A stretch of 64,000 nucleotides of DNA from Cystobasidiomycetes sp. EMM_F5 (taxonomy: Eukaryota), in assembly GCA_051047955.1 (NCBI GenBank), contig JBPGPT010000004.1, positions 434,001 to 498,000 of the forward strand, written 5' to 3'. Positions 33,889 to 47,785 of this stretch are shown one piece after another. Numbering within the stretch: position 1 is the first letter of the stretch; every line of letters begins with the position of its first letter. Position numbers and translations under genes: made by a program. The notes under the pieces are model-generated. The model had not been told where the DNA came from, did not search any database, and worked only from the letters and a program-made list of their open reading frames with translations.

Positions 33889-34976
33889 ATGACCATTGCC
33901 CTTATACTTGGACATGGGCTTCTACGTTGTTTTGTGGATAATCAGACCGCTAATGTGATTGTACAGTTGCCATGATTCGAGTGAACTCAATCTTCGCTAA
34001 TCGCTCCAGGTTTTTTATCGCCTGCAGTTGACGACGTCTAACGTCTGAAGTTCGCTGTTTGACACGGGTCATTAATCCCTACAGTCACACTCCCTACAGA
34101 ATCTTGCTGCTGCTGGTGGACAATCCGGACCGAGCCAAGCAGGTTAAAGCGCTCACTTGTAATTCGGTATCGAGATCGGAGGATAAAGTGCAGCATCACA
34201 TCGCCTCCGTCATGCAACAGTGTTTCGAGGAACTGTTGCGAACTGGTCTACAGAATTTAGCAATTTTGCGATTGAAGACTTATACGGTGAAACTCCGAAC
34301 ACTTGGCGCGACGACCTCGCTCGGACACCTATATTCACATGTCACAAAAGCCTCGGCATCTAGAGTATCGCAAGTTATTGAGCCGAACAGCTGTGTGCTT
34401 GAAAGCCTAGGGTTGACTGGGCAACGCAGTCGTCCTTGTATCGAAGTGGGAGACTTCCCACTGCCCTTGCTGGAAAGGCTTACGCTCCTGTCCGTCGGGG
34501 TGAAAGCTTCGAAGGACTGTAATGGTTGCCGATTCCCTCGTCTGAAGATTCTTCACGTCCGCGATAGTTGTTCTCCGAATTGGGTACTTAGAGGCTCTCC
34601 AAACGTAGTCAGTCTGAAAATCGCTTTAGATTTACCGTCCGAACTGCAGGCCTTCGCCGAACACATTTCCGGTCTAGATCAACTCGTGGCCCTAGAGATC
34701 GATTGGACGGCGTACTCAGGACTGCATCATGAAATGCTGAACCCAATCTTGGACGCTCTCCCAGATCATCTGCAGGATTTGAGGCTTGCCAATCTCCCCT
34801 ACCAAACAGCTCTTATGATAGATGCTCGACTAGCTGCCGGGACTTGGTTAACAAAGCTCCAATGCTTGCAGCTGATGACTATACCTCGAGCAGGCATTGA
34901 TGGTGGTAAGCAGACATGGGAGTTGCGGCGCGGACAGGACGGAAAGCGTAGACTTAGTCTGGAACGTGAAACGTAA
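33889..34976 (+). pseudogene. F-box-like/LRR-like family member with disrupted N-terminus
   Basis: 34059-34976 encodes the LRR body and GQDGKRRL end but has no ATG start. The upstream ATG at 33889 gives LILGHGLLRCF (a family-like start) in another frame and stops at 33975. Confidence 0.55.
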
Positions 34977-35491
34977 CGAAGAAGGACCCATGTAGACGAT
35001 CAGCGTCAGTATGGTGTGCATCCCATTGATGCGATATCTCGTACCCCAGCATGACTATATACCAGCTTCTTCGAGGCGAGAACTGGCATTAAACATGCGC
35101 AGTTATATGCGGTAGTGGATGTGTATCAAGAGGGGTTCCTGCTGTTACGTTGCAACGGCTGTTGTCAATATTTTTCAGCCACCTCTTTCATTTCGTACGC
35201 CTCGATGCTGCAATAAAGTCCGCAGTCAGCTCAAAGAAACATGCACATTGCACTGGAGTTGCTTGATGGAGTGCCCATGTTGACACTGCGCACACAAGAG
35301 TGTTGATTTCGATATAGTACCTGTCGATATCCGCTTGCCAATCTCGGACAGGCAGCGGTGTCGCATCCGAATCCGGATCCCGCTGCAGTGTGCGGTGACA
35401 GCTGATGGTAGAGACCGTAGAGTACCGGGGCACTCACTGCTGAGCTGCCAGCAATCTGCTGATACCCTGACAAACATTTCTGGTGATATTG

Positions 35492-36220
35492 ATGCGCTCG
35501 ACGGCGTGTATGGCGCTAACCGCAGCCGCAATCATCTCTGTGTCAGTCGGGGTGCAAGCAGCCTCGCGAAGGCTCTCTGAGGGCCATGATGTTCACCTCT
35601 GTCTGCCCGAAGTCCCGACTGCCGGTAAAAGCTATCGATTCCATGCCGGGAACGATATGTTTTTCAGTGCAAACTTTCTGTACGATGATGTCGACATGCC
35701 CGCTGTTGCTGATGTCGCCACGAAAACGGCCAACGATAAATGGATTATGACGGAATGGTACATCACGCCGACCGCCAGTCTCGGGGAGTACAAAGTATCG
35801 TGAGTTCAATGATTCGACATAGCCATTGCCAATATAGCTGAGCGCTACACAAGACTTGGAATGGGTCCTGGCAAGGAGAAACTCTGCTTGACTGGTGGAG
35901 GCAATATCAACGTTTGTGACTTGGCAATGTCTATTGCTATCTGGTGCGACAACTGCAGCAGCACGCTTGATTCTTTCAAGGGCTGCAGCTTGAGAGAAAC
36001 GTCGTACCCCTCTGGGGCTGCAGCTTGTCTCCGGTGGGATGCACACGGCTCGAGAGTCTCGACGGGTGATATGCTCCTACGCGATCAGAATTGTCCGAAC
36101 ACGGTACGGATTGTTCTGCCTTGTTTATCTGCGGAGACTGAAGAATTTTCACTCGAATGTCCGCATTGTTTCGCACCGTTAAAACCCTAGGTCGACATTG
36201 TTCCTGTCGCGGACGTATGA
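35492..36220 (+). CDS. Small secreted Cys-rich protein, paralog B (divergent, 2 introns)
   Basis: Signal peptide, RR site, FHAGNDMFFSAN, EWYI, LCLTGGG...C..AMSIAIWCDNCS, ACLRW and NCPNT|VDIV; same intron positions as paralogs A and C. Confidence 0.8.
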
Positions 36221-36555
36221 GAGTGCTCGCGCCAACATCACATCGAGTTACAGTCGCACAAATACCGAGGCCATACATGCCGGGCATTGCGACAAACGTT
36301 GTGCGACTTCACCGCATTCGCCATATTTTACTCCGAACACAGCATCTACGCACAGCACAGTTGCATCTCGTATACATCTGTTTGTGTGTGTTCTCGGCGT
36401 AGGCATCCACTCCCTTTGTGCCGTCTCAAAATTTCAAGCTTCTCCATTCGGCGGTGGCGATGCTGTGCTCACTAGTTTCGAGTTCAACAGAATGTTGTGA
36501 GGTCATGCAGTGCATGTCCACAGCATTGCACATGATGCTTCATGTGCACAATATG

Positions 36556-36562
36556 TATAAAA
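36556..36562 (+). promoter_or_regulatory. TATA box of secreted paralog C
   Basis: TATAAAA 126 bp upstream of ATG 36682. Confidence 0.6.
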
Positions 36563-36681
36563 GCACTACTTGTGCATGCGTCTCCCTTTTCTCGTCATCA
36601 AATTCTACAGTCTTACACGCAAACAAGCAATCTATTCACCGAACAATTCCGTTCAATCCAATACCTACTTTCCCAACCATC

Positions 36682-37413
36682 ATGATCTACTCTCTCACCT
36701 CCGCCGCTCTGGTAGCAGTATCCTTCACATCTGTACTTGTCGACGCCGCCCCCGCTTCAGTCCAAGCACGACAGAATATCAATCTGTGCACGCCAATTGT
36801 GCCAAGTCGAGCCGACAGTGTTCTCACTGGCTCAAAGATCAACTTCAGCGCAGGCAACGGTCTCTTCTTCAACGCGACTTTCCCAACCCGCGACTTTTCG
36901 AAGGATTTCACCGGTGTTGAGCTAGCGTACAAAATCAACAACAAGGATTGGACTGTTTCGGAGTGGTACGTTCAAGAGGCACCCAACAATGAATGGAAGA
37001 TCTCGTGAGCTGCATCTTAGTATATGTTCGAGAATAAGAGGCTTACCGCCCTGATTGCCAGATCCGGCGTCGGTCCAAGCAATGATCAGTGGTGCTTGAC
37101 TACCGGCGGCAAGGGCGCTCCTTGTTCTGAGGCTATCAGCTTCGCCATCGAGTGCAACGACTGCAGCAACCTTTACGGACCGTTCAAGCGATGCAGTCTC
37201 CGAGAGAGCTGGCACGCAACGCGCAATGCCGGTGCCTGCCTCAAGTGGGGCAGTTCTGCTGGCAGCAAAGTTACTGAAGGCGATATCATCTACGGTCCTT
37301 ACGACTGCCCGAACACAGTGAGTGATTGCCGACAAAAGCTGCCCGTCGTGACATCACTGACTTCCATATTCTCTACTTGACAGGTCGATATTATTCAAGC
37401 CACTAACAACTAA
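36682..37413 (+). CDS. Small secreted Cys-rich protein, paralog C (2 introns)
   Basis: MIYSLTSAALVAVS signal, AR|QNINLC, FSAGNGLFFNATF, WCLTTGGKGAPCSEAISFAIECNDCS and GPYDCPNT|VDIIQATNN*. Confidence 0.82.
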
Positions 37414-38020
37414 GCCGCAAAGACTGTAGCGTCTGCTTACAAGCTTTGCACGACATCCTCTACCTTCGAACCCCACATAGACAATTTCCCTTGTTGCTGC
37501 TGCCTACTCTGCCGCAATTCTCCCATTCAAGCCGCTTTATAGCGATAGCCACAGCCTTGCATTAAATCGACCCCGTACTTGTCTGGCTGACCCTTTGCCA
37601 CTGATAGTGCTGTTTAACGGGCAGCTGGTTTGCATCGATGGAGTGTACTCGATTCTGAGTCAAGTCACTTCCTACGCATTTCCCTCGGTGATTGTTGCCC
37701 TTGGTACTCGTTGCGAGGCCTACTTACCCAGCTCTCGTTAATATGCTGACCCTGTTTGACCTTGAAGAAGACGATTAATCCACCGAGATTTTCGACGAAA
37801 CACTTTTCCGAAGCTATTTCGCAGCCCCTGCTCAACCAGTCCAGCCCAAATTATTCCATCTCCTAATACACACGATCGTAAGTCAAGCCAGTGGGGCGGT
37901 GGGAAACACGTTCGACCGTATGCAATGTTAATCACGGGTCTCTGTGTGATTCGAGAGTGACTCCAACCTGTAGGAACACTTCCTGCAACCTCCCCTTTAC
38001 GCCTCTTGACCAATACAAAC

Positions 38021-39205
38021 ATGAGCCTTTCTCCTTCATCCTCATCCCCATATAAGACGGTGACTCTGCTCGAACTGGGCTATGATCTTCTGACGAAGAT
38101 CTACGGTGAAATCTTCAGCATCGGTTATAGAGACGCGCTATGTCGGGCCACAACATATCCCATCAAAGATGATCTTCTTGCGGCATTTATCAATAAGACG
38201 ATCTTCGACTTGGCTTACCCTATGCTTTTCTGCAAGGTCGTCCTAGTAATCGCAGATCCCTGCGCGAAGACTCCATATAAGTTTTTGACAATACTTCGGG
38301 ATAGGCAAGATCTGTCGGCGCGGGTAACATGCCTTACATATCGTTCACGGATGTCGCCACCAATTCAAAGGGGCCTTCCAGACATGTCGGCTGCCAACCA
38401 GCAAGCCCTAGACACCCTCCTAGCAACCGAGCTGCCTCATTTGCAGACCTTGCACATGCTTGGGGACCGAAATGTGTTTCATCTTCTGCCACGGACCGCG
38501 TCTCTTACGAGTCTCGTCGTGTATGTCACTACAGCCACGGCATCTATCATTGAACAGGTAATCCAGCGAAATTGCCACGTCATCCAGCGTGTTGCCCTAC
38601 ACGGTCCGTATTGGGACAAGGTCAATGACGAGTCTGTCTGGATCGACGTGGGCAGTGTCCGACTGCCTTCCATGGAAAGCCTTGATCTTCGGTCTATTGG
38701 ATTGAAGTCTTCCCGGTGCGATGGCTACCACCAGTTTCCTCGACTTCAAAATTTCAGCGTGCACGGCTCTTTGGCTTCGGAGTGGGTCCTGCGCAGTGCT
38801 CCAGACATAGCCAGGTTGTCGGTCGGCCCTGGTGACCCTTGGGGGCAGGATGGCGTAATATGGGCTTATGTCGGACAGATACCTGATCTGCATCGACTGG
38901 AGTACTTGGCAATTGACGGATATGTATGGTCGCATGCAGATTTCGACAAGCTTGCCTCAATCATCCGCGCTCTGCCAAACACTCTGCAAACTATCCGTAT
39001 GAGGGGCTTTTCCAATCAAACGGCTACCCTCGTACAAGAAACACTCTCCAATTTGTCGTGGGTGCCAAATATAGCCGTCCTCCAGTTGCAGACTTATTGC
39101 ATGGATGATGACATTGACGAAGATACGGCTGAAAGTGTTATATGGACACTAAGGCGGGGAGAGGATGGCCAACGGAAGCTTGTTCAGCATAGGGAGGGAA
39201 AGTGA
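38021..39205 (+). CDS. Divergent F-box-like/LRR-like protein (second-island member), intronless
   Basis: LLELGYDLLTKIYGEIF...YPIKDDLLAAFINKTIFDLAYPMLFCKV, WVPNI, DDDIDED and RGEDGQRKLV. Confidence 0.75.
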   Translation: MSLSPSSSSPYKTVTLLELGYDLLTKIYGEIFSIGYRDALCRATTYPIKDDLLAAFINKTIFDLAYPMLFCKVVLVIADPCAKTPYKFLTILRDRQDLSARVTCLTYRSRMSPPIQRGLPDMSAANQQALDTLLATELPHLQTLHMLGDRNVFHLLPRTASLTSLVVYVTTATASIIEQVIQRNCHVIQRVALHGPYWDKVNDESVWIDVGSVRLPSMESLDLRSIGLKSSRCDGYHQFPRLQNFSVHGSLASEWVLRSAPDIARLSVGPGDPWGQDGVIWAYVGQIPDLHRLEYLAIDGYVWSHADFDKLASIIRALPNTLQTIRMRGFSNQTATLVQETLSNLSWVPNIAVLQLQTYCMDDDIDEDTAESVIWTLRRGEDGQRKLVQHREGK

Positions 39206-39499
39206 ATCGACAGTCAGTCTAGCGGAATCGCAAGATAGATGCGCTGCCGACAGCCTACCGCGCACCATAAAGACGACAATCATCTACGTCAGTATATCAC
39301 TGGCCCCTCTCACTGCTGCCTATGCTCATTGTGCTAACAGAGTGCGGTTGATTACCGCGTTCGAGCCTGAAGTTGAACTCAAGTCACCATACTGTAAGAC
39401 CGTCAACGTGCTTTTTCTGGCATTGTCAGTCATGCCATATCTCTCCTTCTCTGATTAACCACAACATCTGCCCCTGCCACCGCGTGTAATACAGCAACA

Positions 39500-40642
39500 A
39501 TGGTCAATCTCGGAAACGACATTCTGTCAAAAATATTCGATGAGCTTCTCAGCAAGAATCATCTCATAGCGCAAAGCCAGATGTTATCCTTTCCAGGCAG
39601 AGGTGACCTTCTTGGAGCCATGATTGACAAGAACATCTTCAACTTGATCTATCCATTCCTGTTCCGCAGAATCACCCTTGTTCAGCGCCCTTGCTGTGCA
39701 CGCGCTTCCTACGCGCTCTTAGCGCACCTCATAGAGAAGCCGAACCTCGCTGCTCAAGTAATCAGCTTGACATATCGCTCGCCGCCTCTTCAGCCTAATG
39801 TATTGGTTTCGAAGGCGCCCGCTTTCGAACGATGCCTCGAGCTCCTGGTCACTCAGCCGAAGGGTACGCAGCTGCGCGAAATACCTCTATCTCCACTACC
39901 ACTAAAGACCCTGTCTCTGACGACTCTCAACGTGCACATTTATATAACCACGGAAATGATCATTGCGCAAATCATCCAGTCCAGTGCAAAGGAACTGCAA
40001 GACGTTACGTTGGTTGGCCAGCCGAAATTTGTTCCAGGGGGTGCATATCCTATTGATATTAACCTGGGAGACTCTGCCATGCCATCGTTGGAGAGTCTCA
40101 CGCTTCTGTCTGTCTCTCTGAAGATCTCACAATGCGACTCTGGATTGCGATTTCCGCGACTGCAAGATTTCAGCGTGCGCTGCAACTGGATACCGGCATT
40201 TGTACTGGACAATGCTCCCAATTTAGTAAGGTTGACGGCCGCCCCGGACGGCGTGTATTGCCCGACATCGGTATTGTGGACTGTTGCCGAGCGCATTCCT
40301 AGGCTACATCGACTGACGACTCTCGAACTTGGAGGACTTGCGTGGTCACTGCTCAGCTTCGAGAAAGTCGCTCCTGTCTTGCGTGCTCTCCCGAATACTC
40401 TGGAAGTCATGGATCTATGTGGCTTCCCCTTCAAAACGGCTGTTGTCATACAAGAGAGACTTGCCGATCCATTGTGGCTGCCTCGACTGGCGATTGTTCG
40501 GTTACTACGAACTCCGCCAACAGACGACGACTTTGATGACTATGATGAAGGTTCTTTGGATGCAGCGAGATTTCAAGGGCACGGCGAATGGAGGATGGAG
40601 TGGGAAGAGGATGGGCAACGAACGCTTGTTCGAGTACGGTAA
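39500..40642 (+). CDS. Divergent F-box-like/LRR-like protein (second-island member), intronless
   Basis: MVNLGNDILSKIFDELL...FPGRGDLLGAMIDKNIFNLIYPFLFRRI, WLPRL, DDDFDD and EEDGQRTLVRV. Confidence 0.75.
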   Translation: MVNLGNDILSKIFDELLSKNHLIAQSQMLSFPGRGDLLGAMIDKNIFNLIYPFLFRRITLVQRPCCARASYALLAHLIEKPNLAAQVISLTYRSPPLQPNVLVSKAPAFERCLELLVTQPKGTQLREIPLSPLPLKTLSLTTLNVHIYITTEMIIAQIIQSSAKELQDVTLVGQPKFVPGGAYPIDINLGDSAMPSLESLTLLSVSLKISQCDSGLRFPRLQDFSVRCNWIPAFVLDNAPNLVRLTAAPDGVYCPTSVLWTVAERIPRLHRLTTLELGGLAWSLLSFEKVAPVLRALPNTLEVMDLCGFPFKTAVVIQERLADPLWLPRLAIVRLLRTPPTDDDFDDYDEGSLDAARFQGHGEWRMEWEEDGQRTLVRVR

Positions 40643-40823
40643 GGCTTATGAGACAGCGGTGCGATAAAGCTCTGCGCATTGTATACATGATCTGAAGCGG
40701 AGAGACATGATCAGACTTGTAAACTCCGAGCAACTTCAATACAAATTGTCTGAGTCATACATCTGCACAATTCTGTCTGTCATTTGAACTACCCATTGCC
40801 TGCATCCTGCGCTCAAGGCCAAC

Positions 40824-42735
<1,912 letters not shown>

Positions 42736-42926
42736 AGTGGGTAGTGTAGTGCAATCATACAAGATTTATTACTTGTTACTCGCAGCGCCATTAGATGGGT
42801 TCAGCGCGCTGTAGTCGCAGATCAGTCCAATGAGATTGCGAAGCGGGAAGCATGACCGCAGACAACGGAAACAACAAGACGAAATATAGATAAGCAGGAA
42901 GTCGTCGCAGCACAGATTCCAAACCA

Positions 42927-44955
42927 TCAACCCTTCCTTGCGGCACCCTTGCCCTCGAACCCTGGTCTGCCCTTTTTCTGCTTTTTCGGGTTCGGCTTGC
43001 CGACACTCTTGCTTGACTTCTTCACACCCATCTTCTTATCCTTGCGCTGCTGCAGCCTAGCGGCAATGTTTTCCTCTCGCTTCTTCTGTGCTGTGGCCTG
43101 GGTGTGCGCAGTATGCTCTTTACGATCTGCCCAATCCTTGGACGATTTCGCCTTGATCTTCTCCTTTCGCTTGACCATCTTTTTCAGCTTGTGCTCATCG
43201 TCGTACACTTTGCTTCCACCGGCTCGCATTCCCATACGTTCCCACTTATCCTTTTCTTCCGCTCTCTCCCTTGCGGCCGGTGTCAATTTCGAGAGGAAGT
43301 CTTCGCGGTTGCTTAGCGCTTTCAGCGCAATATTAGGATCGTGCGAAGTCACTCCGAGTCTGTTACTCTTGCCTAGCGCATCTCGCTGTTTTTTCGAAAG
43401 CTTGTGCGCATCCGGTCCCGATGCGCCACCTGTAGGCGTAAAATCAAGGGAGGAGAAGGCGATTGCGGCAGCAAAGGTAGAAGGTACTGCTGAACCTCGA
43501 ACCTGTTGCAAGCTTGTATCGCTGGAAACTTTCGCAAGAGGAAGCTTCTGCGAGGTCTGCGTCGCTTCGCCCATGTCCTGGTCTTCGCCCGCTTGCGGTG
43601 CAGGCGCGGTCCTCTTTCCAGCTTTCTTGAGAGCTTTCTTGACATCGCTCATTGCACCTGATTTTCCGTTGGTTGTAGAGCTGCCGTATCCAGGGACGTT
43701 TGTAACATTCTTATTGACTGTATCGAATCCTTTCTGCCCACGTTTATTGGAGGCTCCAATTTCCTGTTCCGCCAATCTTCGAGCAGCTTTCCTTTCCCTT
43801 CGGCGTTTATCGCGCATCTCACCCCTTCGCTTTCGCTCGGCGAGCAGTGCGTCCCGGCTCGTTGCTTGGCTGTCTGCTATGCTCGCCTCTTCGTCGTCGC
43901 CTGTTGCGTCTTCAGCTTCCTCACCATCTTCTCCGTTGATCGTATCGGAGTGTGGTCGCTTTTTACTAGACGACGCCTCGGCTATGCGCGCGTGCAATTT
44001 GTCTCGTATTTCGGATATAGAGGGTTGTGAGGTATTCCGCGAAGACGAAGCAACAGCAACATGCTCAGCATCCGAATCGTCCTGGAAACCATCTTCATTG
44101 GGTGAATCTTCCTCGTCACCATCTCCTTCCAGGCCATCTTCGGAGCCAAAGCCGTTCAGGTGTACGTCTTCTGCTCCTTCATCGTCTTCCTCGTCTTCCT
44201 CGTCCGCGGCAGTCAGCTGACTGACTGGTTTGCTGCTCTTGGCTGTTGGCTGTTTGCTGAGTTTGGCATTCGACGTTGAGGCTATGGGAGCTAAAGAGCC
44301 CGACACTGCTTGTCGAGCTGCCTGAATCTCTAAGACTGTCCTAGGAGTAGAGGGGTCGTACTGAAAGACCGTACGAGCATAGATAAAAGTGCATAGGCAA
44401 AGAATAGGTGGCGCATGACGTTCAGCTGGATATCTTAGCACCCAAGCTGCAAAAAGTGTCACACTCACCTTTGCCTTTTTTGCTGCTTTCTTCGCTTCAG
44501 CAATGTCTTGTGCAGCCTGTAGTCTTGCTAGATGTTTCTGCTTCTTGCTTGCGTTTTTGCTCAATTCCGGTTGCTATAGGCGAGTATGTCCGAAGTATTA
44601 TCGTAGGTCAGCATTTGCGATACTCACAAGTCTGCCCGACTGCAACAGGCGACCTACATCTCTATCCAGATCATTATCCTCGTGTAGGTATAATTTTGCA
44701 GGAAGTAGGCCGAGGAGATGGGAGAATGAGGAATTGAAGGCCGTCAAGCTCGTCTGCAGGGTCGATAAGTCATAAATCAGCAACGGTCAGGATGTAGAGC
44801 AATCGTTGTCGTCGTTTGAATGCATTCGATCTCAGAATTTTGGTCATTTTCGAAGGGCAATCCAGGACTTGGTCGCGCGGACTGACCTTTATCTCGCTCA
44901 TTGCAGCGTCATCCTTTGCATTGGCTTGCTGGCTTTTCCCGCTTCTTTTGCCCAT
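42927..44955 (-). CDS. RRP14: Ribosome biogenesis protein Rrp14/Surfeit-6, multi-exon
   Basis: N-terminal AFNSSFSHLLGLLPAKLY and a SURF6 C-terminus (GSKVYDDEHKLKKMVKRKEKIKAKSSKDW...KKREENI...GRPGFEG). Confidence 0.9.
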
Positions 44956-45057
44956 ATTGTCCAGATTACTGAATCGACACAATGTTAAGACCCAACATAA
45001 TGTGGCTCTTCAGCTTCCGACCAATTCTTCAGCGACAACGGGACTCGAGCAGTGCCC

Positions 45058-45767
45058 ATGCCCGCCAACAAGACTGCTCTGCTCACTGTCGGGTCTACAG
45101 AGTTCACGCCGCTCGTTCAGGCTGCGTTGGGCGACGATGTCCAGGCAGCCTTGACGGGCAGCGGCTTCACCCAGTTTACGGTGCAATATGGCAAGAGCAG
45201 GCTAGGAAAAGGCTACGATATCGGCTACAGCAGTGCTGGAGTGGTCAGAACTGTGCAGCGAGCAGGAATATCGATACACTTGTTGCCATTTGTCGCCGAC
45301 ATCGAGCAGCGAATGGCCAGTTCAGACCTGGTCATTAGCCATGCAGGTGCGCAGCATTACATGCACGGCCAGCATCTCATCTCAGAGTTATGCTGCAGGC
45401 GCAGGATCCGTCCTGGCAAGTCTGCGCGGACCGGCTCTGTCACCCTTGTCGGCGTCATCCAAGCCAGTGCCTCAGCTCATAGTCGTGCCAAACGACTCGC
45501 TCATGGACTCGCACCAATCCGACCTCGCAGAGCAGCTCGATAGTCGCGGTTGGGCAACAGTCTCCAGTCCAGGGTTGGTGGATTTGCATGATATTGTAGT
45601 AAAATCGCCCAGCCGGAGTGACCGAGATTTGACTATATTTTCGCAGTGCACTAGCACACACCATTCGCAACTTGCCAGCCGACAGCTTGACTACCGCAAC
45701 AACGTTTCCCGCCTTTGACGCCAGCCGTATCAGCAGCCTCATCGATTCGCACATGGGATTCGCTTAA
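45058..45767 (+). CDS. ALG13: UDP-GlcNAc transferase catalytic subunit, multi-exon
   Basis: LLTVGSTEF, VQYG, SDLVISHAG|AGSVL and LIVVPNDSLMDSHQSDLA. Confidence 0.92.
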
Positions 45768-46364
45768 TCCCATTTCGACGCTCCGAAAGCGAAATATCCG
45801 TCAACACTAGTGACCTCGACCGCCCACGAAAGCGTTCCAGGAATGGAGCTGGGGATGTATCAGTCGAGGTGTCTGGCGACGCGCCGTCCGTCCTCTGTCT
45901 GTTTCGACTCGGGACATCCGACGATTGTTGCATCTTGCAACTCAGAAAATGAGGAGACTCGCGAGTGGCATGTGTAGATGCGCAGTCAGGACGAGCGTCG
46001 TAGAGACAGCCCCGCCGTGGCTCGCATCCGCCGTGAGTTCCAGAGTGTTAGAGAGCGTGGTAGAAGGGAGAGCTGCGAGTCGCAAAATATCTGGGTCTGC
46101 TTTACGATGATCGGGCAGTCGGTAATGGAGTCGCGTGTGGACTTGCTGGATTGCTTAATCGGACACTGCTGCAGTGGTTATCATGTAGCAGTATCGCTTC
46201 TGATGTCTCCAGCGAAAGAAGCGTACTTGATTTATTTGTTATCCGCGCTCATTTGGCCGCCGGAAACGATGTCCGACTTGAAGAATGGCAGCTTGGATCT
46301 AAGCCTTTCACTTACCGACTGACTGACTGACTAATTGACTGATCTGCTAAGCCATATTCTGAGC

Positions 46365-47671
46365 ATGCAGCGACCCGTAAGGCGCCGTGTCATCAAAGTC
46401 GATGTGGATCACTTCGGCTAACCAATGACCGGATAACCTTGCAATCCTAACCCACCGCTGACTAGTGCTGGACTCGTCTTGTCCGCTTCGTTGCAAAGGA
46501 AGATGGAAAGGAATATTACGGGGACGCTCTTCTTCCGTCCGGCCAGGATGACGTCGGGAAGGTGTTCCAGTCTGGTATTTACATGAAAGCCAATACTAGA
46601 GTGAACACGGCACTGATGACTGTCCTTTCGTCAGGCAAGCTTCAGGCTAGAGTGCTAAGCGGAGATCCGCTGTCTTCGTCATGCAAATTTGCGACTCCGC
46701 AAAGGACGCTCGGTGTAAAGCGACTACTGCCGCCGGTCGATGTGCAGCGATATGGCGCTTCCATCAGATGTCTGGGTACGAACTACCCAATAGCTGGTGC
46801 CAAAAAGCCGCCTATCCCTATCCTGTTCTAGTGCGAGATTACGTCAAGTATTATTATACGCTGACACTGAAGCAACGTCTTTAGTAAACCGTATAGCTCT
46901 CTCGCAGGCTTTGGTGACCCAATTGTCATACCACGAGAAGTGCAGGAGTGAGTGTCTCAGCCAGAAACGTTGCTTAAACAGGCAGGCGATGGGCTGAAGT
47001 TGACCTCTATCACAGCCAGAGTGACTACGAAGTGGAGCTCGTCATAGTCATCGGCAAAGGCGGTCGTAACATACCGGTGGAGAAGGCCCTGGATCACATT
47101 ATCGGGGTAAGTTGACTCCGCAACGTTGCCATACTCATTCTTAATGAATGGTCAGTATACCATCTGCAACGATGTCAGCGCACGCAAACGTATGTTCGCA
47201 ACGAGTCAATGGTCACTAGGAAAATCGTTCGATGGTCCGTACCGCTCTGTATACGCGTCCGCTTGCCTAACAGATCTCCAATTATTAGGTTGGTTGCCCA
47301 TCGGCCCGTGCTTATTGGCGGCTCATATGGTGAAGGATGTCCAAAAAGTACGGTTAACAACGCATTTGAAGTCTCAACCCTCTGCGGTCAACCCCGTACA
47401 AGACGGGTCAACAAACGATATGCTGTGGCAAGTAGCAGAGACGGTATCTGCCCTCTCTTATGGCACTACGCTGCGAGTAGGAGACATTATTTGCACAGGC
47501 ACACCTCCCGGTCAGGGAAGCGGACGCACACCTCCCCTCTGGCTCAAAGACGGCGAGGTCGTAACTGTATTCGGAGAAGGTATCGGCTCACTAGAGAATC
47601 CAATAGCATGGGAGCAGGACACTGCAAACGGAGTAGCGACCGTTGGTCCACCGGTGAAGGCTAAATTGTAA
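46365..47671 (+). CDS. Fumarylacetoacetate hydrolase (FAH) family protein, multi-exon
   Basis: WTRLVRFVA, IRCLGTNY, DYEVELVIVIGK, YTICNDVSAR, WSLGKSFD and GDIICTGTP. Confidence 0.9.
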
Positions 47672-47785
47672 AACTCCACTGTATTGCAGCCTAGCTTAGA
47701 CAGTATTGTAAATGCAGAGACCCTCGCAAAATGCCTTTCATTGCTGGACCCTCGTGATAGAAGCGCACTCCGCCGCTGAATTGCT

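Noticed and set aside
42949..44220. 423-aa + strand ORF
   Set aside because: Antisense shadow of the Lys/Glu/Asp-rich RRP14 gene; its Ser/Phe/Leu-rich composition is the expected mirror
46317..46342. (GACT)n short tandem repeat upstream of the FAH gene
   Set aside because: Only about four units; an ordinary microsatellite with no supportable function
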